64,000 nt of DNA from Polymyxa betae A26-41 (GCA_003693705.1 RBZT01000721.1:1-64000); one strand, 5' to 3'. Shown: positions 36,631 through 49,269, counted from the first letter of the stretch. The notes: a model not told the origin generated them from the letters alone. Numbers and translations are program-made.

Positions 36631-37815
36631 CGTACCAGAAGTTCTCTGGTAAATTGCTGCTATTTATTGTGATTATTTTCTTCAAGATCACTGTTCCATT
36701 AATTTCACTTGAATCCAACAGTAATGAGTAAATATTTGTAATCATATTTTACCTGGCGAACACATTAAGGAAGCCCAATGAATCTGTTGACTGGTTTATA
36801 AGCACTACTGCATGCTTACGTATCTAGGCCAGCAATTTGGCCTTCTTTCTGTCATTAATCAGACTCACGAATTTGCCTTGAGAGTGAAGAGAATGAATGG
36901 TATCACATCCCCCGACAAATTCGCCTCCGACTAATCAAGACAATAAGACAAGCAGCAGCGATGATCAGAGAACACATCTACCGAAAGTCTGGGGAACAGT
37001 TCGACATCCAGAGATGGATGACAATACACTTTGAATAGCACCGCCATCATCCATCTCATCCAATTCATAAACCATGAAATCAAAGCCTAACGAGCCTATC
37101 AGACGTTTGGCTCGCTCACAATACTACGAGATTGTCTTGAAATTGCATAACAAGCTAGCACGGTCGATACCTACCGGACAGTATGTCTTTGAAAACATGA
37201 CAATCAAACACGAATTGATCATCTTCTTCACATCATCGATGGAAATGTTGCCAGCGGCTGGCATTGCTGTTGAAAAAAACGATCCAATTGGCGCTGATCA
37301 GAAGGAGCTTGAGGTCGAATGTAAAATGCAGGAGATCGATAAAGACAATGAAGAAATATTCTGCGCAGTCGACATCCGAATAACGCCTGATCCTTCTGGA
37401 GCCGAAGTGCCATCAATGAATGGGCTTGTGCTGAACAAGACGATTCCATTCCTTCCATTTTATGTGAATCTGAACGCCAAGCGGATTGGCAAAGGGTTGA
37501 TTCGTTTAATGGAAACTTCACAGTGTATTGGTATGGTGATCGACCGATCATCGGTCCCTATGATGAGAAAGATCTCCTGAACAAAAAACAGCCATGGTTT
37601 CACATCATGCTGATTGTATCGATCAGTCAGACATATCGATCTTTGCCGGTTGACAGGAAGTTGTAATTCTTTTGTAAAACTGGTCGAAACACCCAAACCT
37701 CGGAATGGCGTGTGCCACAGCTGGTTCGCGCGTGCTTTGCACGTAATGGCTATTTGATTCCTGGAACCTTTTGGCATAATCAATCGTTAAATTCGGGAAT
37801 TGACCTTATCGGCCA

Positions 37816-39274
37816 ATGTTCTCAATGTTATCATCGATGATCAATGGCGAGTACGAGAACAACGTCGCCGAAATCATTCCTGGTACGACCGCATTGCGCT
37901 TGCTGACGGAATCATTGATATTTCGTGTCACAGGCCGATTAGATTTGATGTGCTTTCAGGGCGCTTCCCCGCCTTCTAGTCCAGCGACGAAAGATGCCGT
38001 TTTCTTCACTGTCGATCGCATTCTTAATTACGAGCCGTTTTTCGCCGATTTCGGCCCGCTGAACTTGGGCCAATTGTACCGATTCTGCCAGATCATCGAA
38101 GAGAAGCTGCAGAACCCCGAATACAAAGGCAAGAAGTTGATTCTGTACACAGCAAAAGGCCCACATAAGAAGGCGAATACCGGTTATCTGATCGCCAGCT
38201 ATCTCGTTATCGTTATGAATATGTCGCCCGAGGAAGCCTGGAACAAGATCGCCCATATCAGCCAAGGATTCATCCCATTTCGGGACGCCTCAATGCAGGT
38301 TTGCACTTACAAGCTAACGATTTTGAATTGTTTGAAAGCGTTGGCAACCGCGACGCGATTGGGATGGTTCAACATCGCAACGTTCGATATCCAGCAATAT
38401 GAACATTTAGAGAAAATTGAAAATGGCGACCTGAACCTTATTATTCCGGGAAAATTCGTCCACTTTAGTGGGCCTTCGAACGCCCATCGCGACCCCGATG
38501 GATATCCGTCAAAAACGCCCAACGATTACATTGAGACCTTTAAAAAGCTGGGTGTCAGCGATATCATTCGTTTGAATAAGAAATGCTACGACAAATGCAA
38601 ATTCACTAAGCATGGTAAACAATCCAATAATGAAAGGATTAAAATTGCCGACCAATGCTGTGTTGTAGGTTTCCAACACCATGACATGTACTTCATCGAT
38701 GGCACGACGCCCAGTATGGCGATTCTGGAGCGGTTCATGTCGGTATGCGAACAGGCCAAGGGAATGGTCGCTGTGCATTGCAAAGCTGGTCTAGGCCGAA
38801 CTGGGACCTGTGTAGCATGTTATATGATGAAATTCTACCGGTTGACTGCAGCCGAAGCGATCGCCTGGCTGCGAATATGTCGTCCTGGTAGCGTGCTCGG
38901 ACCTCAACAGGAATTCTTAGAAGATATGCAATCTGTCATGTGGCGTGAGAACGATAAGCTTCGCAGATCGGCGTCGATCGTGTCTGATAAGAAGAACCTC
39001 ACAGCGTACAACCTTGAGAAACAGTTGCAGAATGTAATCGATTTTCGGGATGATCTACTGCTATGTAACTAAAAATGATGAATAGGTTAAAGTGTCATCT
39101 GACGCTGCTGAATTAAAAGACTCTAAGAAGGCGGAAGAACTTGAATCGCAGGGCGACTCGCTCGTGCATCGGAAATTCGAGGCTCAACATCGGAAATCAG
39201 ACGCGGAAATCAAATTTAGCTCTGACTTGGACTTTTCAGATCTACCGAGGCCTAACCTCCATACCATTGAATAA
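37816..39274 (+). CDS. CDC14: CDC14 dual-specificity phosphatase
   Basis: YEPFFADFGPLNL, PFRDAS, ENGDLN.IIPGKF, VHCKAGLGRTG, RICRPGSVLGPQQ. Two in-frame introns are embedded in the 418-aa ORF and there is a final exon. Confidence 0.97.
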
Positions 39275-39316
39275 ACATCACAGCGATCTCTTCACCATGC
39301 TATAATACAGAATAAT

Positions 39317-41229
39317 TTATAGATCGACATTCGTTTTGCTCACCGTTTCAGAGGTATTCGTCATTTCATTTTGATAGAGTAAGGCGTACCTGCTTAGGGT
39401 TTGTTCGTATTCAATAGCGAGGCTGCTGTATATTCCTACAAAAGTTCAGTTGGAGATAGCGATTAAACCATCGGGTGAGAATACCTGGGAGCCCTATAAG
39501 ACAGCTTCGTAGACTACATAAAGGCAGTGAAGTCCCACGAAACAAATCGTTGAATATCTTATAGATACCAAGGAAGAACGAGAACCTGTCTTCATAATCT
39601 TGAGCGAGCTGTACAAATTCGGGCTCGGACAAGAGATCACCGAACGACGTTATAAATCGCAAAGCCAAATGATGGCAATACCCGTTATCGCTGGGACATT
39701 TCGGAACGATATCCTACGAGCCGAAATTCAGCACGGCTATCAGGTCGTCAGAGACGAGCTATCTCTCACGCTTGCGTTCACGAATCGCAATGAGATCAGA
39801 GGATCCGAATATTTCGAGTCGAAATTGGCGGCGTATTGGTCATTGCCCGTCCTCGGTTGGCTGAACGTGTAGATCCCTCTTAGTCTTCCATGAACGTCGG
39901 GAGAGCGAGACACGGCCTGAGAGCATAATTAACATCGAAATCGTTCCTGTCAAGTGGTAACAACTTTGGCAAATAGAGAAGCCATGGCACCGCCGAAACT
40001 ATGCCCAGTTAGGAAGATAGTCTTGGAGGAATTTCTGGGCATCGAGATGATAGAGAGAACTTTGTCATACAGACAATCCTCTCGAGGATTGAACAGCGAA
40101 TTGTAAATTCCAACGTGAACTTCGCCGAGATCTTCAATACTGAACCTTGCCAATGTCATATCAGAAGTCCAACTAACGAGATTGAGAGCATCCGGGCCAC
40201 GAAACGAAATCATCATCGACGATTCGTTGCTGCAAACGTAAATCGCAGCATCGGGACGATAAAGGAGCTCGTCGAAGTTATTGACCGCTTCCGAAGCCAT
40301 GACGGCGCCTCCACATTCGTTGAACGCAAAGCCATTGAATCTCAGATTCCATTTCGAGGTAACAACGTCTTTTACTACAGCCGGATGTTCATATGCCAAC
40401 CTGGCGAGCTGCATCATGAAATGCGCGTTGAAAGGATGCTCGATGGGGCTCAGACGACTGTTCTCAAAATTTTCCATGACTAAAGGAAACCTGGGCGAGT
40501 CGACTTCGTACTACATCGAAATCAGGATTGCGACAGAGAGCGGTTTGCATAGGAAATACCCTTTCTGGAATATCGAATGACGGTGATAGAATATTGGTCA
40601 TAGAATATGTGTGGACACTGCCCGATTCTGTAGTATAGAATCCACTGTAATGTGTGCAGAGAAAGTTCTCAATCTTGCGCTGGAGTCCTGATTGCCAGTT
40701 TCAGCATTAACAGCAGGTTAAGCACCAGCGTATTTCGACCTTTGTACAATAGAGAGAACCCATATTTCTGCCAAATGAAGATCAAGATGTTGTAGACCGT
40801 AATCTGGAACAGGAACGAGATGGACACATCGTAGGCGGCCATGATTCGAGACCAGATTAGTTTCACATCCTCGATATAGTCGGCCTCGATGACATCCAGG
40901 CAAAAGTTAAGCGATCGCCTAATAGAATCGGGAAGGACTAGAAGATACTCGTCTATGGTAGAATGAGAAATGGTTATGAATGAGAAACATCCTTGATATA
41001 CCGCTTTCATCTTTCGACATCCTCCAAGGAATGGACGCCAGCTCCAAGAATGCAACAAAAGGCCATGTAAACACCTGCAAGCACAGACCAGCACTTAAAC
41101 CATTCAAAAAGCAGACGATTTGGCGTCCTCACTTCGGCTTACCCTGAGCATGACCTTGCAGAGATTGGGCCAGAATTCGGCTTCAGCCGTGGCCTGATCC
41201 TGGCCCGAGATGCCAAACCTGTACCCCAT
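39317..41229 (-). CDS. Class-3 lipase-like protein, multi-exon
   Basis: LARLAYE, SFRG, VHVGIY, LTGHSFGGAMA, IYTFSQPRTGN, RFVNAS|DIVP. Confidence 0.85.
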
Positions 41230-42169
41230 CAGCGGCGTATGTATTACCGAAGCGCGCCCCGGCTTCGCCTATCGGCCCAGTCCAAAATCGCCGATGAATC
41301 GGAGTCGGTTGTGAGGTCGACAACAATCGAAGGCGAAATGAGACAGCAAAGCTGGCAGTGACGACGTGAGGTGAAAACGTCGACGGGGAGGCGCGACCCT
41401 GATAGTAATGTTACATCAATTGAAGCCATGCATCAATGGCATCATGTTGGTCGTATCGCAGGGCGCCCGACCTTGCATGGTCAGAAGAAATCGCGAGGAG
41501 CGCCAGCAAGGGACGAGTTCGGTTCGTTATCGTTTCGCAAAGCGCTGACAATGCGGACGTTTGCAGGCGCAATGGAATCTGGGCGAGCATACTGTCATGG
41601 AAGATCGTCTGCATGCATGGTTCGGGACGATTTTCATATCAGTGACGTCATGAGAATTGGCTCGACGCCCCTTGAAGACCTGACCAAAAGGGCTTTGCCT
41701 AAATAGTTTTCCGCTCGTCGTCTCAGCGTGAGGCGAATCTTTCCATCAGAACAAATCTTGACCAATCTGGAGGGAACTCAAGGTGTAGGATTGGGCTGCG
41801 CTCACTGCGTCTCCCGAGCATCATGGTTTCAAAGAGCCCAATTTCTCACATTTCCGAATTATAGTCGATAGATTACTATGGCTTCCATCAAAATCTCGAT
41901 CTGGTGCTCCCTGACATCTTCTGAAAACTCCAAGCTGAGAAATCATCGCAGGATAGGGTTTGTGTGTGTATTAGATCTATTCCTGCCAAGCAACAGCCTC
42001 CATACAGTCGTCTGTTAAAACCAATACCGAAGGGATCAAACAACCGTGTAACATATTTGTAAATTAACACTTTTTATGACTTATTAAGGGCAAGATTTCA
42101 ACTTAAGGTTTAATCAAATGGATTGCCAAACGGGAAGGAAGCAGCAGCTGGAGCCGCCAGCTGTCTTCT

Positions 42170-45100
42170 TCATTCCGATTGTCGTCGGTAAAACAGTAGA
42201 TAGGCGTTGCTCTGGCAGATTTCCTCGGCCTGCACAACCTTCACCGTATCATCATCGAAATGACGCCATACGCCATCCAGCCCTTTTGTGAAAGCCGTGT
42301 AATGCCCGAAGAACGAGGCGCCAAAATGGTTGATGACCCCGAACAGCTCGTATCGAGGCACTTGCGGATCCGATTCCTTCATCGATACGAATGGACTTAG
42401 ATCCAGATCCTTCAATGGAAATTGAACCTCTTTCGAGATCTTGTTGGCCGCCTCCCCGAACAGCGCATGCCGGCGTACCGAATCGAAGCGTTTCAGATGA
42501 AGAATCAGGACGTCGGGCAATCTCCAGAAACTCATCCGTTTAGAGGCGTTGCCCTTCTGACGGCACGAAGAACAAGTCCAGTCATCGACGCCGAGCGACT
42601 CCGTCTTGGTAAACGCTTTGAAGCAATCGTAGATCGTCAAAGTCGGGTTGATCGGAGTCGGGACGAAACCTTTGCTTTCGCGTTCCACTCGCTGATACTC
42701 GCTCATATCGATCTCGTCCAACAACTCATCAGTTTTCCAGCGCAGGACCAATACGGGCCGCAGGTAATACCGAAGGTCGACCGGATCATCGGTGTTCGAG
42801 ATAAAGGTTCGTTCGTTGTTGTAGTACATTTCAATCTTGAAGCTCGGCTTGCGATCCGGATGACAGAGGCTTCGATGAAGGAATTGGTACATGCGCTGGT
42901 AGATCTGTTGGCCGGTTACGCGTGGACAGGAGTCGAGCGAGAAATCCACAGCGAACGGCTTGCCACGGAACAAGATCGTGGACTCGCCCGAAGGATTCGC
43001 AATCTGCCGCATAATGCAGGAAATCGGAATGCAGCGAGGCCGGATCTCGAAGACGGCCAGCTCCTGCGAGGACGATATGTCGATGGAGTCGTTGGTCTTG
43101 GCCAGGAAAGTGAGCGGTCGCGACGTCGCTAGATACGCGACCACGAGCTGATTTCCAGGTGTAAAATCGAACCGTTCGGCCAACAGGGGTAGTATGGCCG
43201 CCTCCAGCGATATTACAGAGAGTCGCTCAACTAAACGAAGCATTATTTTACGGGATTGATATGAATATCGAAAATGAAATACCTTTAACGTTAAGCTGGG
43301 TAGGAACCTGACCAGAAACGGGAAAGTAAATCACAGGAATGATCCGGACGGGTTCGGGCAGAGGCAATGAGACGTACATGAACGGGTCGAAGGTCGCCGA
43401 CGGCGGGCAAGTCGGGTTCGCCGCGCAGACCAGCTCGGATTTGAACTGGCCCAGAAGGCAGTCGTTCACGACCGATTGATCGCGGGCCAGATAGTTGGTC
43501 CACTGTTCCTGGGCGACGACGTCGTCGGACCGACCGTTGCTCTCGATCGCGGGGATGTACGGCTTCTGGCGAATCCGGTTGAGATCCTCATGGATTCCGT
43601 CCAGAAGGAACGACAGAAATTCCTGAGCGACGACAAAGTCAGTATGAAGACAATAAACAGAAATTGGACAAGATGTTGAACGCACAAAAGAAATCGAAGA
43701 ATGTTACCTGAGCATCTTGCTGCTGGCAACCAGCAAACTGTGAAGCGAAACAAGAGACGGCTCGTTTGAACTCTCGCGGGTCCGCATACGGGGCGTCGCT
43801 GAACCACATCTCTTTGAGGAGGTCGGCGTAGGCCTCGACCAGGCGTCCTTTGCTGCCCAGCGGGTTGTCCGAGTTGAGCTCCTGGACGTAATCGTTGGAA
43901 AGGAAGACTCGCGTGAGCTCGTGAGTGCCGCTCAGACATTGCAATGCCGCATTGATATAGCACGAATTGCCAATATTCATCTGAACGCACAGCACCCTAA
44001 ATAAACGAACGCGCATTCGAGCAAATTCTGCAGTCGTACCAGCCCACAGGCACCAGGGAGGTGGGTTCGAGCAGCGCCTTTCTCAGAGGTGTGGTCAAGC
44101 TTCTGGTGCCAGCAGCTACATAAATCGTTATCAGAGCCGAACATGAACGAAGCCAGTCGCCGAACCTATGGCTCTGTTTGCATCGCATCGAGCAGTATTT
44201 CGCCTGCTGGCAAGTCTCGCAGACGATCCGGGTCGCATTCGGCGGGATCTGGTCGAAGCAGGCGTTGCACGTATCGAACTCGCCTTGCCGCTTCAGTACA
44301 TATCTCGAACACGGCCACAGACCGGTCGTCGTCCGCCTCTCAATGAACAGCGTGAAATCATCGCGAACGCCAAGATCGCAAAGCCTCAGTTTCGCTGGGA
44401 CGACTTCGTAGAAGTCGCCAACGGCCTGCACGCCGCGAATCTCGGACGTGGTCGCCGTACAGATCGAACATACCGCCCTGATCACATCGAATACTGTCGT
44501 GAACAAGCTGCAGGTTATGACGATTCGTTTGGACGCCCCAGGAAGGTTGTCGATGCGCTGGATGGTGACAGATATCGGGCGCAGCTGAACGTCGACAACG
44601 GGAGCGCCAGGCTGGTGCCGCGTGATCTGTAACGGTCGGCGAATGGCAGGGCCGCCGCCGAACTGAGCCAGAAGAGGCTTCCAGACGTTATCGGGGACGA
44701 CCACGTAATCGATATCTTTATGCAGCTCGGCCCGAAGCACGAAACCGTCATCAAACGGAGCGAGCAGTTTGCGGGCAGGCAGAGTTGGAACAGCGTCAAA
44801 GGCGTCGTCTTCGAGCTTCGACGAGCGCGAATCGGAATCGTTCAGCATGGCGTCGCGTTCATCGAGATCGGCGGCGTCGTTGCGCTCGATGAGCGGCCAG
44901 TTGTCGATCGCGCCGGGATGACAGGCTGAGCCCATGTAATAGGCGCGGAACGATTTCCACCAGGACGTCGCGATCAGCATGAGATTGTGGTCGTCGGTGG
45001 ACGTGGCCAATGCCTGCGAGATGGCAGCATCGATGCAGGTCAAATAGCCCGGATCGGGGCTATCCTCATTGTTCTCCTTCAGCTCCGAATACTTTTCGAA

Positions 45101-45415
45101 ATCGTTTTTGAACCCGGGAACGTCGTTCAAAAACTTTCGAGAAATCATCCGATGGTAATAAGCTTTGACGTTCGATGGGTTCACATGGATGGCGGCGGAA
45201 GCGTCATGTTCAGCCTCGGCGAACAGCTTCAATCGATTATACGTGATCGCCCGATTCGTGAGCAGCGTCGAACGTTGATGGCGGTAGTCGTCGCTGGGCG
45301 GCAAGCAGTCGAGCGCCATCGAGAACCGATCCAGGGCCAGGCGGTAGTCGCCATTGCGAAACAGGTTGGTTCCATCCGCTCTCAATGCCTGCGCCTCATC
45401 AAGCGAAGCGACCAT
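42170..45415 (-). CDS. Ubiquitin-specific protease (USP4/11/15-like) with N-terminal TPR, DUSP and MYND-type Zn finger
   Basis: TPR (ALRADGTNLFRNGDYRLA...TNRA...KAYYHR), DUSP (LIATSWW..HPGAIDNWPL..DYVVVP..W...FGGGP), C..C...CETCQQAKYCSMRC, Cys box GL|MNIGNSCYINAALQCL, QQQDAQ|EFL, His box NHFG...GHYTA, AYLLFYRR. Confidence 0.92.
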
Positions 45416-45977
45416 CGACGCGGCACCGTCTCGATGGTGTCGTCAGGCGAATAGGGGAATGACTAGACGAGATTAACAGACAAAGCGTCTCGCTTCTGAG
45501 GCGAGCCTACTGTTATATACGGAGTTTAGGGCCGCAGGCCGCCTCAGCCATGTCTTCTAACGAATTCATCCTGCCCGGCCGATTGTAAGTAGGGTGAGAC
45601 ATACCCAGGGTCCTGTATGGGCGGTTCGCAAGCTGAAGCCAGGCGCGGCGATCAGCATCACGAAGAGGGACGAAGTCTGTTGTGATGGCGAGTGATTGCA
45701 TCCAGCTCCGAAAACGATGAAGGTCGAGTCGGGTTACGGAAACAAACGGCTGATTGTTGATATGGCCATGGGGCTGTTTACCAATGTCGATCTGGCCCAA
45801 GGGGCATGATTGCCGAGCACACCTTTGAAATGCCTTATATGCCATCATTCTGTAATCGGTTTTGTCATTTGCTAAACTTGCCAAAGCGACCTAATGTATT
45901 TCAGACATAGTCTGTTTATAAAAAATAAGTGAGTCGGTTTGCCGAATTCACTATGGTCTGTCTCTTAGGCTGAACAG

Positions 45978-46045
45978 TGGAAAGGATCGGGATCAGTATG
46001 GTCCCGCCCTTAAGGGCGGGACCATACTGATTCCGATTCTTTCCA
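45978..46045. repeat. 68-bp near-perfect palindrome (40-bp perfect core, no loop)
   Basis: ATCAGTATGGTCCCGCCCTT|AAGGGCGGGACCATACTGAT at 45992-46031, extended 14 bp on each side with two G:T mismatches. Confidence 0.95.
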
Positions 46046-46457
46046 GTGCTGAAGCTTCAAAATCCTGGACGTCAAGCTGATTCTGCGGTCCTGTGTATTC
46101 AAAGCGACTCTGGAACCTTTAGAAAGGAGGGTGATTGGGTCACTGTAGTTGTTCGCCGAAGGAATCCACGATGATGATTTCTGCTACGAGTTTCATAAAC
46201 GAGGTTACAGGAAGATAAGAAAATCTATAAAACTAAGAACGATTTCTTTTTTGATTTTGTGCTCGCAATTTTCTGCAACAAGTGAATGGAATCATGCGCC
46301 TTGTACCTATGAACATCACATGCAAACTCACGTTACCTAATCGATTTTATTCCTTACAGACGCACTATTTACAATCTGAGTTGACTCTCAAAGTGACATT
46401 TCGCTTTCATAGAACCGATTGAGCACGCTGGGGTAGTTATCGTCGTTAGCTTTAGGC

Positions 46458-46836
46458 ATGACAAAGACAGAGCATCCTTCACCCCTGACCTTTGTCGAGG
46501 CCGTTATCATCGAAGGTAGAGTCGATGACGATTCCATCTGGGTCGGCTGAGCTCATGCACATTGCAGCAATTACGCCGGGTGCGAATCGTAATTCACTCT
46601 TGCTGCTAAATGGAGTAGTGGTCGCATTGTTGATGTCGCTTCTAATTTGTATTTTCCTGGGTGTTGCCTATATTCATATGATGGTTCTAATGCTTTTAGC
46701 ATTAATGTTAGGCGCTGCTCTAGTCATGTCAGCAAACAGTTGTTTGGGAGTTTTCACGATTTAAATTAGTTTCAGATTTCAGGACGAGTTATCTTCTATT
46801 TCGTCTGACGAATCCGAGCATGTGAAACAAAGATAA
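46458..46836 (+). CDS. Pkr1-like small ER membrane protein (V-ATPase assembly factor-like), 3 exons
   Basis: Spliced MTKTEHPSPLTFVEAVIIE|AITPGANRNSLLLLNG...YIHMMVLMLLALML...FQDEL resembles the Pkr1 pattern (F...SIFTPG; two TMs with IH; F..EL). Confidence 0.55.
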
Positions 46837-47118
46837 TTGCTGCTATAAACTCTGTTACTAAACGTACCTCGCTCCCTCGTAGGTGCTCATCCTTCCATAT
46901 TGAAGAGGTACATACTAAGAAACATGATGACTGTGTGGAAGCGATCGAACCTCTGTCTGTTACCCTGACTAATATCGAGGTCTGCATACGAATAGGACCG
47001 TTTGTGTAAGGCAATGACAATGGAACGCAAATAGGCCTGGGTGAGAATTATCCAGGATAATCGATCGATTTTTTTATTTCTGCACTGGTAACTTCGAGAA
47101 CATCTCTGACTTCGAATA

Positions 47119-49269
47119 ATGAACTCTGCCGTCATGGGAACGGTGGTTCTGCTGGTGCTCGCCTGTTTAATTCCTGCAATTTCTCAGGCAGACGCTTCCT
47201 CTGCAACCAGTCCAATTACAACGCCATCGCCAACCACGGCTGAAATAAGTCTCCCGCCTTCAACGACAGCGACAGCCCAAAGCTGGTTTGAGTCGACTCG
47301 TGTTAGCCCGCCATCCTCAGCGAAGCATCGAACTACGACGTCGCATCCTACAACAAATCCATCACCTTCATCGTCAGCTTCTATGAGTGATCAGACAACA
47401 ACACCTCTTCCAACGACAACTCATTCACCACCGACAATAGCTTCGAAGTCGTTCTCATTACGCTCAGACTCAACAACTACAGGTCCATCTATAATAGCTT
47501 CAACGTCGTCTTCAATACCAGCCTCATTAACTACAGCACCATCTTCAACAGATTCAACATCATCTTCATTACCAGCCNNNNNNNNNNNNNNNNNNNNNNN
47601 NNNNNNNNNNNNNNNNNNNNNNNNNNNNNNNNNNNNNNNNNNNNNNNNNNNNNNNNNNNNNNNNNNNNNNNNNNNNNNNNNNNNNNNNNNNNNNNCTTCA
47701 TTACCAGCCTTAACAACTACAGCACTTTCAACAGATCCAACATCATCTTTATTACCAGCCTTAACAACTACAGCACTATCAATAGATCCAACATCGTCTT
47801 CATTACCAGCCTTAACAACTACAGCACCATCTACAATAGCTCCAACACCATCCTCGTTTCTACAAGCGTTAACAACTCCAATATCATCTACATTAGCCCC
47901 AATACCATCTACATCACAAGCTGCGACGTCAACACCAGCTCTTGTTAATACTTCAGCTCCCTTTCCTCCTCCATCGACAGATCTGGCTACCTCATCTGCG
48001 CCTCCAACCATAACCTCAAGTACACTACCGTCATCATTGTCAATAGCTCAGACTCCATCTCCAGCAACATCTCCACCTATCATCCAGTTAGCTACAACAT
48101 CTGCAACTTCAACGTTTCTCCCAGTTTTTACTTCGACCCAAAATGAGACAGAACGTACAGCTTCCACATTCGTTGCTAATCTATCGACGACGCAATCCTC
48201 TGTTCGACTCCCTACTGCAATTACCACCCTAAACTCATCCACAGCTCCTACAGCTCCTACAACTGCCAATCTATTACAAACTTCGTCCGCTTTGTCGCGT
48301 GGAACCGAAATAAGCGTAGGCTTGAGCACATCTAGTGCCCTCGTTTCGCAAATCACGTCATCGAGGTCGAAATTAGCATCTAGATTCTCGCCTCGTCGCT
48401 CAACGGTATTAAGAACCGCAACGACGATAAATGCTGTAGATCCTCTAAGCCTTACAAACACATCATCTCGCCGTCGCAGATCAACTTTTTCGAATAGCGA
48501 TAGCCGCCAATCAACTAAATCATCCGGTCTGTCAGATACATCTGCGTCAATTATTGTTCCCAGTGCTAATCCTGCATCATTTACTAAGGAAGCTTCATCA
48601 TCATCATCAAAACCTACCTCGTCGTCGCCATCGTCGTCTGTAAGCTCAGGGCTTGAATGGGCTGTCAATGTCACTGTGCCTCTGAAAATCTCTGTGAGCT
48701 CGCTCGCAAATCCAGACAATCTCATTCAGCGATTTCATCTCGCTGTTGCATCTTCTCTACGCGTGTCTGCCAGCCGTTTCATTCTCGTGACTCTCAACTC
48801 GACAGATAATACTCTGCGTTTTTGTGTGACTCCTTCCTCGAGCACCGATTCACGATCTGCACTCAGTATGGCCGAGCTTTTCGTCGATGCAATAAGGAAC
48901 TCGACTTCGTCGCTCCACAGCGATTTCTTAGCGTCTGTTGTGGCATCGCCTGACAGTATTTCCTTCGAGGGCGTCGCCTTGCATCATTGCACTGACGATA
49001 GCTACGTTTTCGAGAGAGAATCTTGCATGATCACTTCTACCGGCTCCTTATCAACTTCGTCCTCGAGCCTCATCGATTTCTTGAAACTGGCACTGATTTT
49101 CGCAGGAGGAATAATAACCATTGTTGTCATCGTTCTCGGCTCTCGTAAAGTCATGCAGATGAGAGCAAGAAAGCGTCGTCGTGATCGTGGCTTATATACT
49201 GATGATGCCTCCATCGAGCTGAAAAGCGTCGGCCGACCCATTTCTATGTGGTACATGAAAAATTCGTGA
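47119..49269 (+). CDS. Mucin-like type I membrane protein
   Basis: Signal peptide (MNSAVMGTVVLLVLACLIPAISQA), ~490 aa of S/T/P-rich sequence, a globular juxtamembrane region, a TM (LALIFAGGIITIVVIVLG) and a basic stop-transfer segment. It spans an N gap. Confidence 0.85.
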   Translation: MNSAVMGTVVLLVLACLIPAISQADASSATSPITTPSPTTAEISLPPSTTATAQSWFESTRVSPPSSAKHRTTTSHPTTNPSPSSSASMSDQTTTPLPTTTHSPPTIASKSFSLRSDSTTTGPSIIASTSSSIPASLTTAPSSTDSTSSSLPAXXXXXXXXXXXXXXXXXXXXXXXXXXXXXXXXXXXXXXXXSLPALTTTALSTDPTSSLLPALTTTALSIDPTSSSLPALTTTAPSTIAPTPSSFLQALTTPISSTLAPIPSTSQAATSTPALVNTSAPFPPPSTDLATSSAPPTITSSTLPSSLSIAQTPSPATSPPIIQLATTSATSTFLPVFTSTQNETERTASTFVANLSTTQSSVRLPTAITTLNSSTAPTAPTTANLLQTSSALSRGTEISVGLSTSSALVSQITSSRSKLASRFSPRRSTVLRTATTINAVDPLSLTNTSSRRRRSTFSNSDSRQSTKSSGLSDTSASIIVPSANPASFTKEASSSSSKPTSSSPSSSVSSGLEWAVNVTVPLKISVSSLANPDNLIQRFHLAVASSLRVSASRFILVTLNSTDNTLRFCVTPSSSTDSRSALSMAELFVDAIRNSTSSLHSDFLASVVASPDSISFEGVALHHCTDDSYVFERESCMITSTGSLSTSSSSLIDFLKLALIFAGGIITIVVIVLGSRKVMQMRARKRRRDRGLYTDDASIELKSVGRPISMWYMKNS
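47460..47870 (+). repeat. ~51-bp (17-aa) coding tandem repeat interrupted by an assembly gap (N 47578-47695)
   Basis: Repeated SLPALTTTALSTDPTSS-like units on both sides of the gap. Confidence 0.9.

Noticed and set aside
36744-36760. ATTTTACCTGGCG resembling the U1 snRNA 5' end
   Set aside because: No U1-70K loop (GATCACGAAGG), U1A loop or Sm-site context follows.
37816-39072. Apparent insertions in the 418-aa CDC14 ORF
   Set aside because: They are stop-free introns of length 3n with GT-AG ends, not protein insertions.
42422-45454. Long + strand ORFs antisense to the USP gene (and similar ORFs opposite the mucin, WD40 and NDUFAF7 genes)
   Set aside because: Shadow ORFs expected from GC-rich codon usage on the coding strand; no motifs.
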